Below, piece after piece: positions 7,832 through 17,469 of a DNA stretch of 64,000 nucleotides. The position numbers and the translations under genes are program-made. Every line of letters starts with the position of its first letter. Within the stretch, counting starts at the first letter, position 1. The notes beneath the pieces were generated by a model, which saw only the letters and a program-made list of their open reading frames with translations, did not search any database and was not told the DNA's origin. This DNA comes from an uncultured virus (IMG/VR IMGVR_UViG_3300011006_000550) (taxonomy: Duplodnaviria; Heunggongvirae; Uroviricota; Caudoviricetes): IMG/VR virus record IMGVR_UViG_3300011006_000550, one strand, 5' to 3'.

Positions 7832-9223
7832 ATGGCAAAATATAATCCTTACCCTTATCAAGAAGAAGGCATAGCCCAGACTCTTGAAATGAAACGTTGC
7901 ATCAATGGCGACGAAATGGGCTTGGGAAAGACAGGTCAGGCTATCGTATCTGTAGCCAGAGCGAAAGCAACACCGTGCCTGGTGATTTGTCCTGCCTCTC
8001 TCAAGATCAACTGGCAGCGCGAGGTCGAGAACTTTACAGATCTTCGCCCGCTGATTCTCACAGACTCTATCAAATCCACATTTCCCTATTTCATCGGCAC
8101 GATGAATCTCTACGACGTGGTAATCGTCAACTACGAATCTCTCAAGAAGTATTTCGTGGTCAAGGCTGAGAAGGGTGCCAAACTCAAAGACATCATCTTT
8201 CAAGATGTTATCAAGCAGTTCAAGTCTGTAATCATCGATGAATCTCACCGCTGCAAGAATCCCGCTACGGCAACTGCCCGCTTCTGCATGGGTATCTGTC
8301 AGGGGAAGGAGTTTATCAATATGCTCACGGGTACTCCAGTAGTCAACGACACAATGGATCTCGCCACGCAGCTCTGCATCCTCGGTAGGATAGGGGACTT
8401 CGGCGGTTTCAGTAATTTCGTCAATACCTACGGCGACGGAAAGCACCTCGAAGAGCTGAATGCAATCCTTCACAACACATGCTATTTCCGTCGAGGAAAG
8501 AAGGAAGTGCTCAAGGATCTGCCTGAACTCACCCGTTCAAAGGTTATCACAGAACTCTCCAACCAGGAGGAGTATGACCTTTGCGAGAACGATCTCCGTC
8601 AGTGGCTCAAAGATTATAAGGAACTCACCGATGCTGAGGCACGTCGCAAAATGCGTGTTGAGGCACTTGTAAGATTCATGAATCTGCGTAAGATCTCAGG
8701 TCAGGGAAAGGTTGAATCTGCAGTATCATTCATTCAAGATTCCAATGAGCCGGTTGTCGTGTTCGCAGAACACCATGACATTGTGGATGCCCTGCTTGAA
8801 AAGATACCTGATGCAGTATGTGTCACAGGCCGTCAGAATGCTGTGCAGAAACAAGCTGCTATCGACGCTTTTCAGGCGGGCCAGCGTCGCGTCATCATCT
8901 GCTCCATCAAGGCAGCGGGTGTTGGCCTCACGCTCACCGCATCATCAAATGTCATCTTCGTCAATCTTCCATGGACGTTTGCCGATCTGTCCCAGTGTGA
9001 GGCACGATGCCACCGCAACGGACAGAAGAATGCCGTCAACTCATGGATCCTGATTGGCAACCGAGGTGAAAAAGATACCATCGATACCTATCTCTATCAT
9101 CTGATAATGAAGAAGGGATCAATGGCCTCTAAGATTACGGGTGCCGTCGATGACGCTCTCAAAGACGAGAAGTATTTCGACGAACTCACAGACTTATTCT
9201 TAAATGGAATACAAGATGATTGA
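7832..9223 (+). CDS. SNF2-family helicase/ATPase
   Basis: DEMGLGKT (Walker A), IIDESH (DExH), LTGTP, GVGLTLT, QCEARCHRNGQ. Confidence 0.92.
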   Translation: MAKYNPYPYQEEGIAQTLEMKRCINGDEMGLGKTGQAIVSVARAKATPCLVICPASLKINWQREVENFTDLRPLILTDSIKSTFPYFIGTMNLYDVVIVNYESLKKYFVVKAEKGAKLKDIIFQDVIKQFKSVIIDESHRCKNPATATARFCMGICQGKEFINMLTGTPVVNDTMDLATQLCILGRIGDFGGFSNFVNTYGDGKHLEELNAILHNTCYFRRGKKEVLKDLPELTRSKVITELSNQEEYDLCENDLRQWLKDYKELTDAEARRKMRVEALVRFMNLRKISGQGKVESAVSFIQDSNEPVVVFAEHHDIVDALLEKIPDAVCVTGRQNAVQKQAAIDAFQAGQRRVIICSIKAAGVGLTLTASSNVIFVNLPWTFADLSQCEARCHRNGQKNAVNSWILIGNRGEKDTIDTYLYHLIMKKGSMASKITGAVDDALKDEKYFDELTDLFLNGIQDD

Positions 9224-9992
9224 ACTCGATAAAATCTATAATGAGGATTGTCTCGAAGGTATGCAGCGAATCCCCGACGATTCCGTTGATGCCATCATCT
9301 GCGATCTCCCTTATGGAGTACTGAATAATCAGAGCGAAGGAGGCTCTTGGGATTGTATCATTCCCTTTGAGCCGCTTTGGAAACAATACCTTCGTGTGGC
9401 AAAGGCCGATGCTCCTATCATCCTCTTTGCATCTGGCTTATTTACAGGCAAGCTGATGATGTCGCAGCCAAAGCTTTGGAGATATAACCTCGTCTGGGAT
9501 AAAGGACGCTCTACGGGCTTTCTAAATGCCAATCGCATGCCGTTGCGCAGTCACGAAGACATCTGTGTCTTCTATCGCAGACTGCCAAAGTACAATCCGC
9601 AGATGGAGGATCTGAATGGCCGTGAGCCGTCTCACCCGAACGGCAGCGGCCCTCACTCCGACACTAACCGTTGCTACGGCAATGTAAATCGCTTCGAGCG
9701 AAAAGTGCTGGATAAGAAGTTTCCCGGATCCATTATCAGCATCAAGGCAGTCCACTGCAACGAAGATCAGTTTCATCCTACACAGAAGCCAGTCGATCTG
9801 CTACGCTACCTTATCCTCACATATACCGAGGAGGGGGGGGTAATTTTGGATTCCTGCATGGGGTCAGGCACAACAGCCGTAGCAGCCATCAAGGAAAAAA
9901 GGCATTTCGTGGGATTCGAGTCCAACAAGGACTACTACGAAAAAGCTGTCCGTCGGGTTGAATTGGAAAGACAACATCAAACATTATTTTAA
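9204..9992 (+). CDS. N4-cytosine/N6-adenine DNA methyltransferase (beta class)
   Basis: DLPYG motif IV, HPTQKPVDL, DSCMGSGTT motif I. Confidence 0.92.
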   Translation: MEYKMIELDKIYNEDCLEGMQRIPDDSVDAIICDLPYGVLNNQSEGGSWDCIIPFEPLWKQYLRVAKADAPIILFASGLFTGKLMMSQPKLWRYNLVWDKGRSTGFLNANRMPLRSHEDICVFYRRLPKYNPQMEDLNGREPSHPNGSGPHSDTNRCYGNVNRFERKVLDKKFPGSIISIKAVHCNEDQFHPTQKPVDLLRYLILTYTEEGGVILDSCMGSGTTAVAAIKEKRHFVGFESNKDYYEKAVRRVELERQHQTLF

Positions 9993-10004
9993 AACATAAG
10001 TAAC

Positions 10005-10439
10005 ATGGAATTAACAGGTACTATTATCGCTGTTCTCCCTGCACAGTCAGGTGTATCACAGCGCACAGGTAATCCTTGGATGTCTCAGGAGTATGTCATT
10101 GAGGTGCCAGGGCAATACCCGAGAAAGTGTGTGTTCAGAATCTTCGGTGAAGATCGGATCAAACAGTTCAACATTCAGTCAGGCGAACAGAACGTTACCG
10201 TGCAGTTCGATATTGATGCCCATGAGTACAACGGACGTTGGTTCAATGAAGTCAGGGCCTACAATGTCATCCGTGCTGATCAGCAAGCAGCCGCTCCTGC
10301 TCCTGCAGCAACTCAGGCACCACAACAGGCCGATATGTTCGGAGGTCAGCAGCCGCAAGCCGCAGCTCCTGCTCCAGCTCAGAATCCCTTCCCGCCAGCA
10401 CAAGAGCAAGGTGACAATCCCGATGATCTGCCCTTTTAG
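10005..10439 (+). CDS. Bacteroidetes single-stranded DNA-binding-like protein (DUF3127-like)
   Basis: OB-fold-like N-terminus, Q/P/A linker, DDLPF acidic tail. Confidence 0.85.
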   Translation: MELTGTIIAVLPAQSGVSQRTGNPWMSQEYVIEVPGQYPRKCVFRIFGEDRIKQFNIQSGEQNVTVQFDIDAHEYNGRWFNEVRAYNVIRADQQAAAPAPAATQAPQQADMFGGQQPQAAAPAPAQNPFPPAQEQGDNPDDLPF

Positions 10440-10442
10440 CGT

Positions 10443-10880
10443 ATGAAGCTATTCCTACACAACACTCGCGAGGGTCTGAAACCGATGTACGATGAAGACT
10501 ACGACGAGAAGAAGAAGCTCAAGATCGGAGAGGTTTACGAGGCAGAGATCCGTCTGCCTCGCAACCTTCGTTTCCATCGTAAATACTGGGCTTTACTACG
10601 GTGTTCTTGGGAGTATCTGAATGAAAGGCAACAAGAGTTTTTCAAGAATGACATTGAGGTTTTCCGTAAGAGCCTCGAAGTCACCGCCGGATGGTGTGAG
10701 CCTCTGTACGACTTGGAAACTCAGACTTGGTACCATGCTCCGAAGTCTATCAGCTTCGAGAAGATGAAGGAAGAAGAGTTCTCTATATTATATAATAATG
10801 TACGCGATATTCTCTTCCGTGCCATCATTCCGAATATCTCACAAGAAGAGTTTGAACGAAATCTGAAAAACTTCCTATAA
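10443..10880 (+). CDS. DUF1367/NinB-like protein
   Basis: PRNLRFHRKYWALL...PKSISFEKMKEEEF. Confidence 0.7.
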   Translation: MKLFLHNTREGLKPMYDEDYDEKKKLKIGEVYEAEIRLPRNLRFHRKYWALLRCSWEYLNERQQEFFKNDIEVFRKSLEVTAGWCEPLYDLETQTWYHAPKSISFEKMKEEEFSILYNNVRDILFRAIIPNISQEEFERNLKNFL

Positions 10881-10886
10881 AAGAAT

Positions 10887-11744
10887 ATGTGCAAAGGATT
10901 CAAGCAAATCTCTAACGACTTCTTTGAAAGCGACTATTGGCGTCAATCCCGTACTTACAATGATTGCGAAGCTGTCCTGGATATTATCTATCAGGTCAGA
11001 TTTGAGGCATCTGAGCATTCTGCTCGTATCGGAGGTCGTGAAGTAACGTGGAGTCAGGCCGAGTGGCCTGCATCTGTTAGATTCCTTGCGGCACGTTGGC
11101 ATTGGACCGAGAAGAAAGTCAGAGTGTTTCTTTCTCAGCTTCGACGAAAGGACATCATTGAGACAGATGACTCTCAAGGTGTCAATATCATAAGGCTCAA
11201 AAAGTATCTTGTTTTACCTGACGAGGGCACAGCAAAGGGCACAGCAAACGAATTGATTATCAATGAGTTACAGGCTCTAAGGGCACAACTTGGGGCACAG
11301 CAAGACACTAAAGGGCACAGCAAGGGCACAAAAAATAATAATGGAGATAATAAAGATCGTGATTCTTCATTACATTCAGAATCACTCTTGTTCGATATTC
11401 CAGAAGAATTTCCATTTTCCGATTTTTGGGACTTGTATGATAAGAAAGTCGATAAACCCAAATGCCAAAAGAAATACGAAAAGATGTCTCTCAAAGACCG
11501 CAAGGCTATATTTGAATATTTGCCTAAGTACATACAATCTCAGCCCGATAAGCAATTCCGTAGGAATCCGCTTACGTTCCTGAATAATCGTACTTGGGAA
11601 AACGAAATTGTAATTGATAAACGACATGAAGCAACCTCAAAGTCTGTCAACGATAATGCGGAAAGAGTTGCCGACGGCAAAATTCACGAGCAGTCCCTCA
11701 GAATTATCAGCCGTCTCTCAGCAGAGAGCAGCGATAGTGATTAG
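10887..11744 (+). CDS. phage replication initiator protein
   Basis: N-terminal wHTH-like region, repeated AAGGGCACAG motifs (iteron-like) near 11225-11330, C-terminal FSDFWDLYDKKVDK...NPLTFLNNRTWENE. Confidence 0.75.
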   Translation: MCKGFKQISNDFFESDYWRQSRTYNDCEAVLDIIYQVRFEASEHSARIGGREVTWSQAEWPASVRFLAARWHWTEKKVRVFLSQLRRKDIIETDDSQGVNIIRLKKYLVLPDEGTAKGTANELIINELQALRAQLGAQQDTKGHSKGTKNNNGDNKDRDSSLHSESLLFDIPEEFPFSDFWDLYDKKVDKPKCQKKYEKMSLKDRKAIFEYLPKYIQSQPDKQFRRNPLTFLNNRTWENEIVIDKRHEATSKSVNDNAERVADGKIHEQSLRIISRLSAESSDSD

Positions 11745-12258
11745 CCGTTTTGGTGACTCACAGGCTTTCTTGGATAAGGTAAACCCATCAACACAGACTG
11801 CATTTGCATCAAACCCGTCAAAGGCAGTCATGGGCGATTATCCTACTCTTACAGATCTAAAATCTGCCTATGGTAAGAACTTCGCAGCAATATGGCTCGT
11901 TCCTCAGATAGATAATCTAACACTTTTCACAGGTGCTAAAAATATCACAGAACAACAGCATGAGGAATTGGCAAAGATTATTTCTACTGAATATGGGTAT
12001 CTGAAAGTTACTGAATTGCTTTTGTTCTTTCATAGGTTTAAGGCTGGTCATTATGGCCGTTTTTATGGTGCCGTTGATCCAATGGTTATCACATGTGCCC
12101 TGAAAGACTTCATCAAGGAACGCAATACGTTTATAGATCAATATGAACGTGATGCAAACAATCTTAAACGTGAACTTGATAAGAATGTGCCTACAATGTC
12201 TCACGAAGAATATCTGAAATTGAAACAACTTGAAAACAAAGAAGACAATGAAGATTAA
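11626..12258 (+). CDS. replication-associated protein (helicase loader-like position)
   Basis: overlaps the initiator gene; LKVTELLLFFHRFKAGHYGRFYGAVDP. Confidence 0.6.
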   Translation: MKQPQSLSTIMRKELPTAKFTSSPSELSAVSQQRAAIVISRFGDSQAFLDKVNPSTQTAFASNPSKAVMGDYPTLTDLKSAYGKNFAAIWLVPQIDNLTLFTGAKNITEQQHEELAKIISTEYGYLKVTELLLFFHRFKAGHYGRFYGAVDPMVITCALKDFIKERNTFIDQYERDANNLKRELDKNVPTMSHEEYLKLKQLENKEDNED

Positions 12259-12481
12259 AAATTTAGATGCGTTGAAAGAGCGCATAGAACACTACAAACA
12301 GATGTTCCCAAATACCTATACCACTCTTGAGGACATCTACGAGACGTTTGAGAATTATCCGTGCAATAGCTATTGTGGCATTTCTGTGAGTAACGAGGAA
12401 TGGCCAGACAAATGCTATACCTTTGATGTGTGTGCTGATAGTGATTATGATTGTGAATTTTTAGGTATGGGAAAGAGCTGA
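12230..12481 (+). CDS. hypothetical protein
   Basis: 83-aa co-oriented ORF. Confidence 0.55.
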   Translation: MKTKKTMKIKNLDALKERIEHYKQMFPNTYTTLEDIYETFENYPCNSYCGISVSNEEWPDKCYTFDVCADSDYDCEFLGMGKS

Positions 12482-12482
12482 T

Positions 12483-12617
12483 ATGAGAGCGAAACAGATT
12501 GATGATGCAGACAAGAAATCAATATCTCTTCTTTATCGGGTAGGTATTGATATAAAAACGATTGCACAGCTATTTGGAGTTTATCAACCTACTATCAGAA
12601 AAGTTTTATCACTATGA
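12483..12617 (+). CDS. small HTH protein (44 aa; not in the ORF track)
   Basis: LLYRVGIDIKTIAQLFGVYQPTIRKVL resembles a Hin-type HTH. Confidence 0.55.
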   Translation: MRAKQIDDADKKSISLLYRVGIDIKTIAQLFGVYQPTIRKVLSL

Positions 12618-12751
12618 GCAAAGAAGAATTAGATTGCTTGCGAATGCAGCTCAAAGTTCTCAAGTCCGTAGAGACTGAGTACAAAGGCCGTTCCATCGGT
12701 AACATAATTGATAATATCGAACAGAGAATAAAACATTATGAATCAAATTAA
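12614..12751 (+). CDS. small hypothetical protein (45 aa; not in the ORF track)
   Basis: ATGA coupling upstream; MSKEELDCLRMQLKVLKS... Confidence 0.5.
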   Translation: MSKEELDCLRMQLKVLKSVETEYKGRSIGNIIDNIEQRIKHYESN

Positions 12752-14375
12752 GTTACTCTATATCGACCTCTTTTGTGGTGCCGGAGGCACATCAACTGGA
12801 GTCGAATATGCACAACTTCACGGCGAGAAATGCGCCAAGGTGATTGCCTGTGTCAATCATGATCCGAACGCTATCCTCTCTCATGCAGCCAATCATCCTG
12901 ATACGCTGCATTTCACAGAGGATATTCGCACGCTGGATCTGACAGGACTCGTAGAGCATCTGCAAAAGATGAAGAGTCAGTACCCTGATGCCTTTGTCGT
13001 TTTATGGGCGAGCCTTGAATGCACCAATTTCAGCCGTGCAAAAGGTGGCCAGCCTCGCGACGCTGATTCTCGTACGTTGGCAGAGCATCTTTTCCGATAT
13101 ATAGAGGCCATCCGTCCCAACTGGATTCAGATAGAGAATGTCGAAGAGTTTATGATGTGGGGAGAGCTTGACGAAAACGGAAAGCCTGTTTCAAAGGATC
13201 AAGGCTCTGACTATCTCCGTTGGGTGCATAAGGTACAGAGTTACGGCTACGATTTCGACTGGCGTATTCTTAATGCAGCAGATTTCGGGGCCTATACTTC
13301 TCGTAAGCGTTTCTTCGGTCAGTTCGCACAAAAGGGATTCCCCATTGCTTTCCCCGTGCCTACCTATGCTAAAAATGGTGACGAAGGAGGATTATTCTCT
13401 TGCTATCACAAATGGAAGCCAGTACGTGAAGTCCTTGATTTTGCCGACGAGGGAGAATCAATCTTCGGACGCAAGAAACCTCTGTGTGAGAAAACACTTG
13501 AACGTATCTATGCAGGGCTGATCAAGTTCGTAGCTGGAATGTCTCAGAAAGACTTTGCCGCTTTCATCGTGAAATATAACTCCATGAACTCCAGCGGCCA
13601 CTATACAGCTCCGTCCATCGACGAGCCGTGTCCTACAGTAGCCTGTCAGAATCGTTTGGGTATCGCTCAGGTTTCTTTCCTGTCGAAACAGTTCTCAGGA
13701 AATCCAGGCGATAAGAATATATCAGTCGATGGCCCTGCAGGAACTATCACCACGAAAGATCATCATGCCCTCGTAGGTGCAGAATTTATGTCGCAGTACT
13801 ACGGTAACGGTTTCAACACCTCTGTAGAAGATCCAAGTCCTACGGTCACAACGAAAGATAGAATCTCGTTGGTACGTTGCTTCTTGGCTAATCAGTTCTC
13901 TGGCGGTGGCCAAATCAGCGACATCGAGAAGCCGGCACCAGCTATCCTGACGAATCCGAAGCAGAATCTCGTCAACTGCAAGGCTTTCCTCTCTAATCCC
14001 TATTCGTTCAAGAGCGACGGCGGTAGTGTTGACAAACCTTGCTTCACGCTCATAGCACGTATGGATAAGATGCCGCCTTACCTCATTTGCACAGAACAGG
14101 GCGAAGTCGGAATAGCGATCTTTGAAGATGACTCTCCTATGACTCGTAAGATCAAGGAATTTATGGCCATCTACAATATCGTTGACATTAAGATGCGTAT
14201 GCTCAAAGTCTCAGAACTCAAGAAGATTATGGGATTCCCTGAAGACTACGTTCTTATTGGTACTCAGTCAGAGCAGAAGAAATTTATCGGTAATGCCGTT
14301 GAAGTCAACATGAGCCGTGTCCTCTGCGAAGCCCTCTGTCAGAAACTCGAAAAACAAAATCGTATAGCAATATAA
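12738..14375 (+). CDS. C5-cytosine DNA methyltransferase
   Basis: DLFCGAGG motif I, SLECTNFS catalytic Cys, IENVEEF, SRKRFF, IGNAV; repeated PxPTxT units in the variable region. Confidence 0.92.
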   Translation: MNQIKLLYIDLFCGAGGTSTGVEYAQLHGEKCAKVIACVNHDPNAILSHAANHPDTLHFTEDIRTLDLTGLVEHLQKMKSQYPDAFVVLWASLECTNFSRAKGGQPRDADSRTLAEHLFRYIEAIRPNWIQIENVEEFMMWGELDENGKPVSKDQGSDYLRWVHKVQSYGYDFDWRILNAADFGAYTSRKRFFGQFAQKGFPIAFPVPTYAKNGDEGGLFSCYHKWKPVREVLDFADEGESIFGRKKPLCEKTLERIYAGLIKFVAGMSQKDFAAFIVKYNSMNSSGHYTAPSIDEPCPTVACQNRLGIAQVSFLSKQFSGNPGDKNISVDGPAGTITTKDHHALVGAEFMSQYYGNGFNTSVEDPSPTVTTKDRISLVRCFLANQFSGGGQISDIEKPAPAILTNPKQNLVNCKAFLSNPYSFKSDGGSVDKPCFTLIARMDKMPPYLICTEQGEVGIAIFEDDSPMTRKIKEFMAIYNIVDIKMRMLKVSELKKIMGFPEDYVLIGTQSEQKKFIGNAVEVNMSRVLCEALCQKLEKQNRIAI

Positions 14376-14403
14376 GTTTAGTATTCACTAAAAAATAAGT
14401 AAC

Positions 14404-15156
14404 ATGAGTAACAAAGAATTTAAGATGCAGCTCTTGAAAGAGTTTGGCATCAGTGATGACAAGAAAACAGTAGATTTCTGTCGTGAGGCTTACAAGTTCT
14501 TAATCGAAGACGATCCAGTCGCTTCCGTGCAAACACCTGTTATTAGCAGTCCTGCAGAAGTTATAGCCGTTGATCTCGGTTTGCCATCTGGCAAGCTCTG
14601 GGCTGATCGTAACATCGGTGCCAAGTCACCCGAAGACTATGGCGCATTCTTCTCATGGGGAAACGTTGAGCCACATTTCCCGAATAAGGAAAATATGGAT
14701 TGGGGCGACGATGACAAAGCCTTTGATTACAAGTTTAGTTCTGAGGAATACAAGAAGACACCTGGCTATAAGCTCGAAGGAAATATTGACGCAGAGCACG
14801 ACGCTGCAACCGTCAATCTCGGAGAGCCTTGGTGTATGCCTACAGAAGACGATTTCCAAGAACTCTATGATAATTGTGATTGGACTCGTAAGACCTTCAA
14901 CGGTGTCAATGGCTATCTCGTTACTTCTAAGATCAACGGCAACTCTATATTCTTCCCTTGCTCCGGCTACGGCTATGGCTCGTCTTGGTACAACCGCGGC
15001 GGCAATGGCGACTACTGGTCTGCGTCGTTCGACTCGGCGGTCGGCGCTCGGGGCTTGGGCTTCGGCAGTGGCGGTGTCGGCCCGCAGGGCAACGGCAACC
15101 GGTGCGGCGGCTTCGCGGTGCGCCCGGTTCAGACTTCTTTCAACCAAACCAAATAA
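14404..15156 (+). CDS. DGR target protein 2 (remote); paralogue of target 1
   Basis: DLGLPSGKLWADRNIGA...SIFFPCSG...GFAVRPVQ; 3' end matches the template repeat except at adenines. Confidence 0.9.
   Translation: MSNKEFKMQLLKEFGISDDKKTVDFCREAYKFLIEDDPVASVQTPVISSPAEVIAVDLGLPSGKLWADRNIGAKSPEDYGAFFSWGNVEPHFPNKENMDWGDDDKAFDYKFSSEEYKKTPGYKLEGNIDAEHDAATVNLGEPWCMPTEDDFQELYDNCDWTRKTFNGVNGYLVTSKINGNSIFFPCSGYGYGSSWYNRGGNGDYWSASFDSAVGARGLGFGSGGVGPQGNGNRCGGFAVRPVQTSFNQTK
14950..15132 (+). repeat. DGR variable repeat VR2
   Basis: 183-bp ungapped match to the template with 22 mismatches, all at template A (19 G, 3 T). Confidence 0.96.
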
Positions 15157-15166
15157 CCAGCCCGCA

Positions 15167-15211
15167 GACTCTGCCACAAGCCGCTCCACCAGAGCGGCAC
15201 AAGGCAGAGTC
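15167..15211 (+). promoter_or_regulatory. post-VR2 two-stem hairpin
   Basis: GACTCTGCC-acaa-GCCGCTC-cacca-GAGCGGC-acaa-GGCAGAGTC. Confidence 0.8.
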
Positions 15212-15234
15212 GTAGGCCAAACAGAATAATAATC

Positions 15235-15459
15235 ATGGCAAAAGTATCATTAGAAAGATTATCAAAAACATTCATTGAGACGGCAAAATCTCATGGAATC
15301 TCTGTCTCTCAGGCAAAGGAGGCCCTTGAAGAAGCAAAAAGAGATATGGATCGTCGCAAAGACGAAAAAGGCTATCAGTTCAAGGATTCTCTTATGATGG
15401 CGGCTCAGAGATTGGCGAATGGTTTAGTTGAATGTCAAATGACGTGTATCTGGTATTGA
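15235..15459 (+). CDS. hypothetical protein
   Basis: 74-aa ORF after an AT-rich leader. Confidence 0.6.
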   Translation: MAKVSLERLSKTFIETAKSHGISVSQAKEALEEAKRDMDRRKDEKGYQFKDSLMMAAQRLANGLVECQMTCIWY

Positions 15460-15462
15460 AGT

Positions 15463-15684
15463 ATGGCAAAGATTAAAGCAGATTTCTCGTCAATCATTAC
15501 GATGGCGGGGCCAGTGAAATTCTATAAGAATCCGTGTCCTCATGGCACGAAAGGTATGTTTAATAAGGTGGCGTATGTGGGATCATCCGACTGTCAGATG
15601 TGTCCCAACTTTGGAGATAAGAAACAGCATCTTATTGAGGGGACAGATCTTGTTACTGAGGTTGTAGATTGTAATCATGAATGA
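15463..15684 (+). CDS. small Cys-containing hypothetical protein
   Basis: CPH...CQMC; coupled to neighbours. Confidence 0.6.
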   Translation: MAKIKADFSSIITMAGPVKFYKNPCPHGTKGMFNKVAYVGSSDCQMCPNFGDKKQHLIEGTDLVTEVVDCNHE

Positions 15685-15908
15685 GTATGAAGTTCAATGT
15701 CGGTGACAAAATAAAAATCGTGAAGCCATTCATGCGAATGGGGCGCAATCACGTTGGATCTATTGGGAAAATAGTTGAACTTATGTATTATCGTCGCCCG
15801 TATATAGGCAGCGATCCTACTCATTACAATGTCAAATTCGACTGCTATAAACGGTGTCATATCTTTATGAGATCTGAATTGGAAGACAGTTGTGATAAAA
15901 TTGAATAG
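15681..15908 (+). CDS. hypothetical protein (SH3/KOW-like)
   Basis: MKFNVGDKIKIV start typical of small beta-barrel phage proteins. Confidence 0.55.
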   Translation: MSMKFNVGDKIKIVKPFMRMGRNHVGSIGKIVELMYYRRPYIGSDPTHYNVKFDCYKRCHIFMRSELEDSCDKIE

Positions 15909-16007
15909 CTATGATAAAGATAATTTTTGGAGTAATCATCGGCTTCGTTGCTACTTTGGTGCTGGAAGCCATTGCTATGTATGTAATATTTTTAAAGAGA
16001 TAAACAA

Positions 16008-16427
16008 ATGAGACCGACAAAAGAACAATTACAGAGTTGGGCCAGACGGATCCATGCAAATGCTACGGCACACGGCTGGCACGAAGAAGAGAAGCCAGGC
16101 TATCACTGGCTTGGAATGGTTATGACCGAGGTGGCAGAAGCTATTGAGGCTGACAGAAAAGGACGTAGATTCTCAGAAGAAGCAAAAGAGAAATATCTTG
16201 CCGTTACGACTGATAGTGAAGGTTATCATGTGACTGTTGCTATTATGAAAATGGCCTACGAGGATTTTATCAAAGGAACTGTTGAGGAAGAGTTTAGGCT
16301 GCCATGCTGCAACCTTCGATTTGACACTATTAATTGTTCTCTCGAAGAACTTAAAGATCACATTTTCCAATGTGGTCCGTATATTCCTAATGACGTAATT
16401 AAAAGATTCTCCCGTAGTCAAATATGA
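16008..16427 (+). CDS. MazG-like nucleotide pyrophosphohydrolase, apparently truncated or chimeric
   Basis: IHANATAHGW...MVMTEVAEAIEADRK...GTVEEEF, then the expected AD motif is missing. Confidence 0.55.
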   Translation: MRPTKEQLQSWARRIHANATAHGWHEEEKPGYHWLGMVMTEVAEAIEADRKGRRFSEEAKEKYLAVTTDSEGYHVTVAIMKMAYEDFIKGTVEEEFRLPCCNLRFDTINCSLEELKDHIFQCGPYIPNDVIKRFSRSQI

Positions 16428-16816
16428 TACAAGGATTCTCAGAACAAACAGAACCTCTGACTGAGTATGAAGAGCAGACTCTTCTGCCTCAGCTCGTCAG
16501 AGGTCTTCGGACCAAAGTAGGTAGGGCTATGTCCGTTACGAATAAGGCTATCGTACGTGGCATGAAAGCAAACCTGAATCTTAGTGTGTCTGAGCCTCGC
16601 GTGCGTAAGATTATCAATCATATCAGAAACAATGATCTTGTGCCGTGCCTCATAGCAACCTCTCAGGGATATTATATCGCTGAGTCAGAGCAGGAACTTA
16701 AGGAATACGAAGATTCTCTCTTGGGCCGTGAAGAGGCCATCCATTCCGTCCGTATGTCAATACAGCGGCAACGTATTAGGAAATATCATCATCAGCAACA
16801 AGAACTATTTCAATGA
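16424..16816 (+). CDS. putative winged-HTH DNA-binding protein
   Basis: VSEPRVRKIINHIR...LIATSQGYYIA. Confidence 0.65.
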   Translation: MIQGFSEQTEPLTEYEEQTLLPQLVRGLRTKVGRAMSVTNKAIVRGMKANLNLSVSEPRVRKIINHIRNNDLVPCLIATSQGYYIAESEQELKEYEDSLLGREEAIHSVRMSIQRQRIRKYHHQQQELFQ

Positions 16817-17241
16817 AAGAGAAAGTGAAAGTAGAGCCGGAGGTAGGCTTGATACCTCAGCCGAAAACCATGTACTGGTATGTCAGGTCTTGTATGCAGA
16901 CACACCGTTTCAAGGTCATGGAATGTGAATGGATCGGCGGTATGTCCGATCTGCTTCGTCTCGCAAAGGGCAATGTATGTCTCAAGAAAGAAGATGCAGA
17001 GTCTCTTTGCCATCAGCTCAACTGCCGTCTGGAAATGCTCACCAGAGCATGTGAAAACGCACATCAGAAGGAACAGCTTGAAGAGGAGAAAGCCCGTAAG
17101 AAGGCAGAGGCGGCAGAGCGAAAGCGTATCCGTGACTTAGAGAAGAAGAAACTCGATAAGGAGGCAAAGAAGAAAGCCATCCTTCAAGCTGAGTTTTCCA
17201 AGAAAAAGAAGAAAAGTCCACACCCGGATATTATTGTATAA
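16813..17241 (+). CDS. hypothetical protein with basic coiled-coil tail
   Basis: 142-aa ORF, ATGA-coupled. Confidence 0.65.
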   Translation: MKEKVKVEPEVGLIPQPKTMYWYVRSCMQTHRFKVMECEWIGGMSDLLRLAKGNVCLKKEDAESLCHQLNCRLEMLTRACENAHQKEQLEEEKARKKAEAAERKRIRDLEKKKLDKEAKKKAILQAEFSKKKKKSPHPDIIV

Positions 17242-17260
17242 CTAATTAAACTATTGTATC

Positions 17261-17467
17261 ATGGATCAAAAAGAGAAAGAAGAAAATGTGAAGAATGCAG
17301 TCCACACTCTTGTTGAGAAACTTGAGGAAGCTGCCAACATCGCACGTCGTAACTACGATGATGCAAAGGCATGTCTTGACGAGGAAGCCGCCAAGAAGTA
17401 CGAAAACCTGTCTATGAGCATCTGCTTCGACTTGCTCAAGGCATCAGAACTTGATGACACGCTCTGA
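17261..17467 (+). CDS. hypothetical protein
   Basis: 68-aa ORF. Confidence 0.6.
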   Translation: MDQKEKEENVKNAVHTLVEKLEEAANIARRNYDDAKACLDEEAAKKYENLSMSICFDLLKASELDDTL

Positions 17468-17469
17468 TT

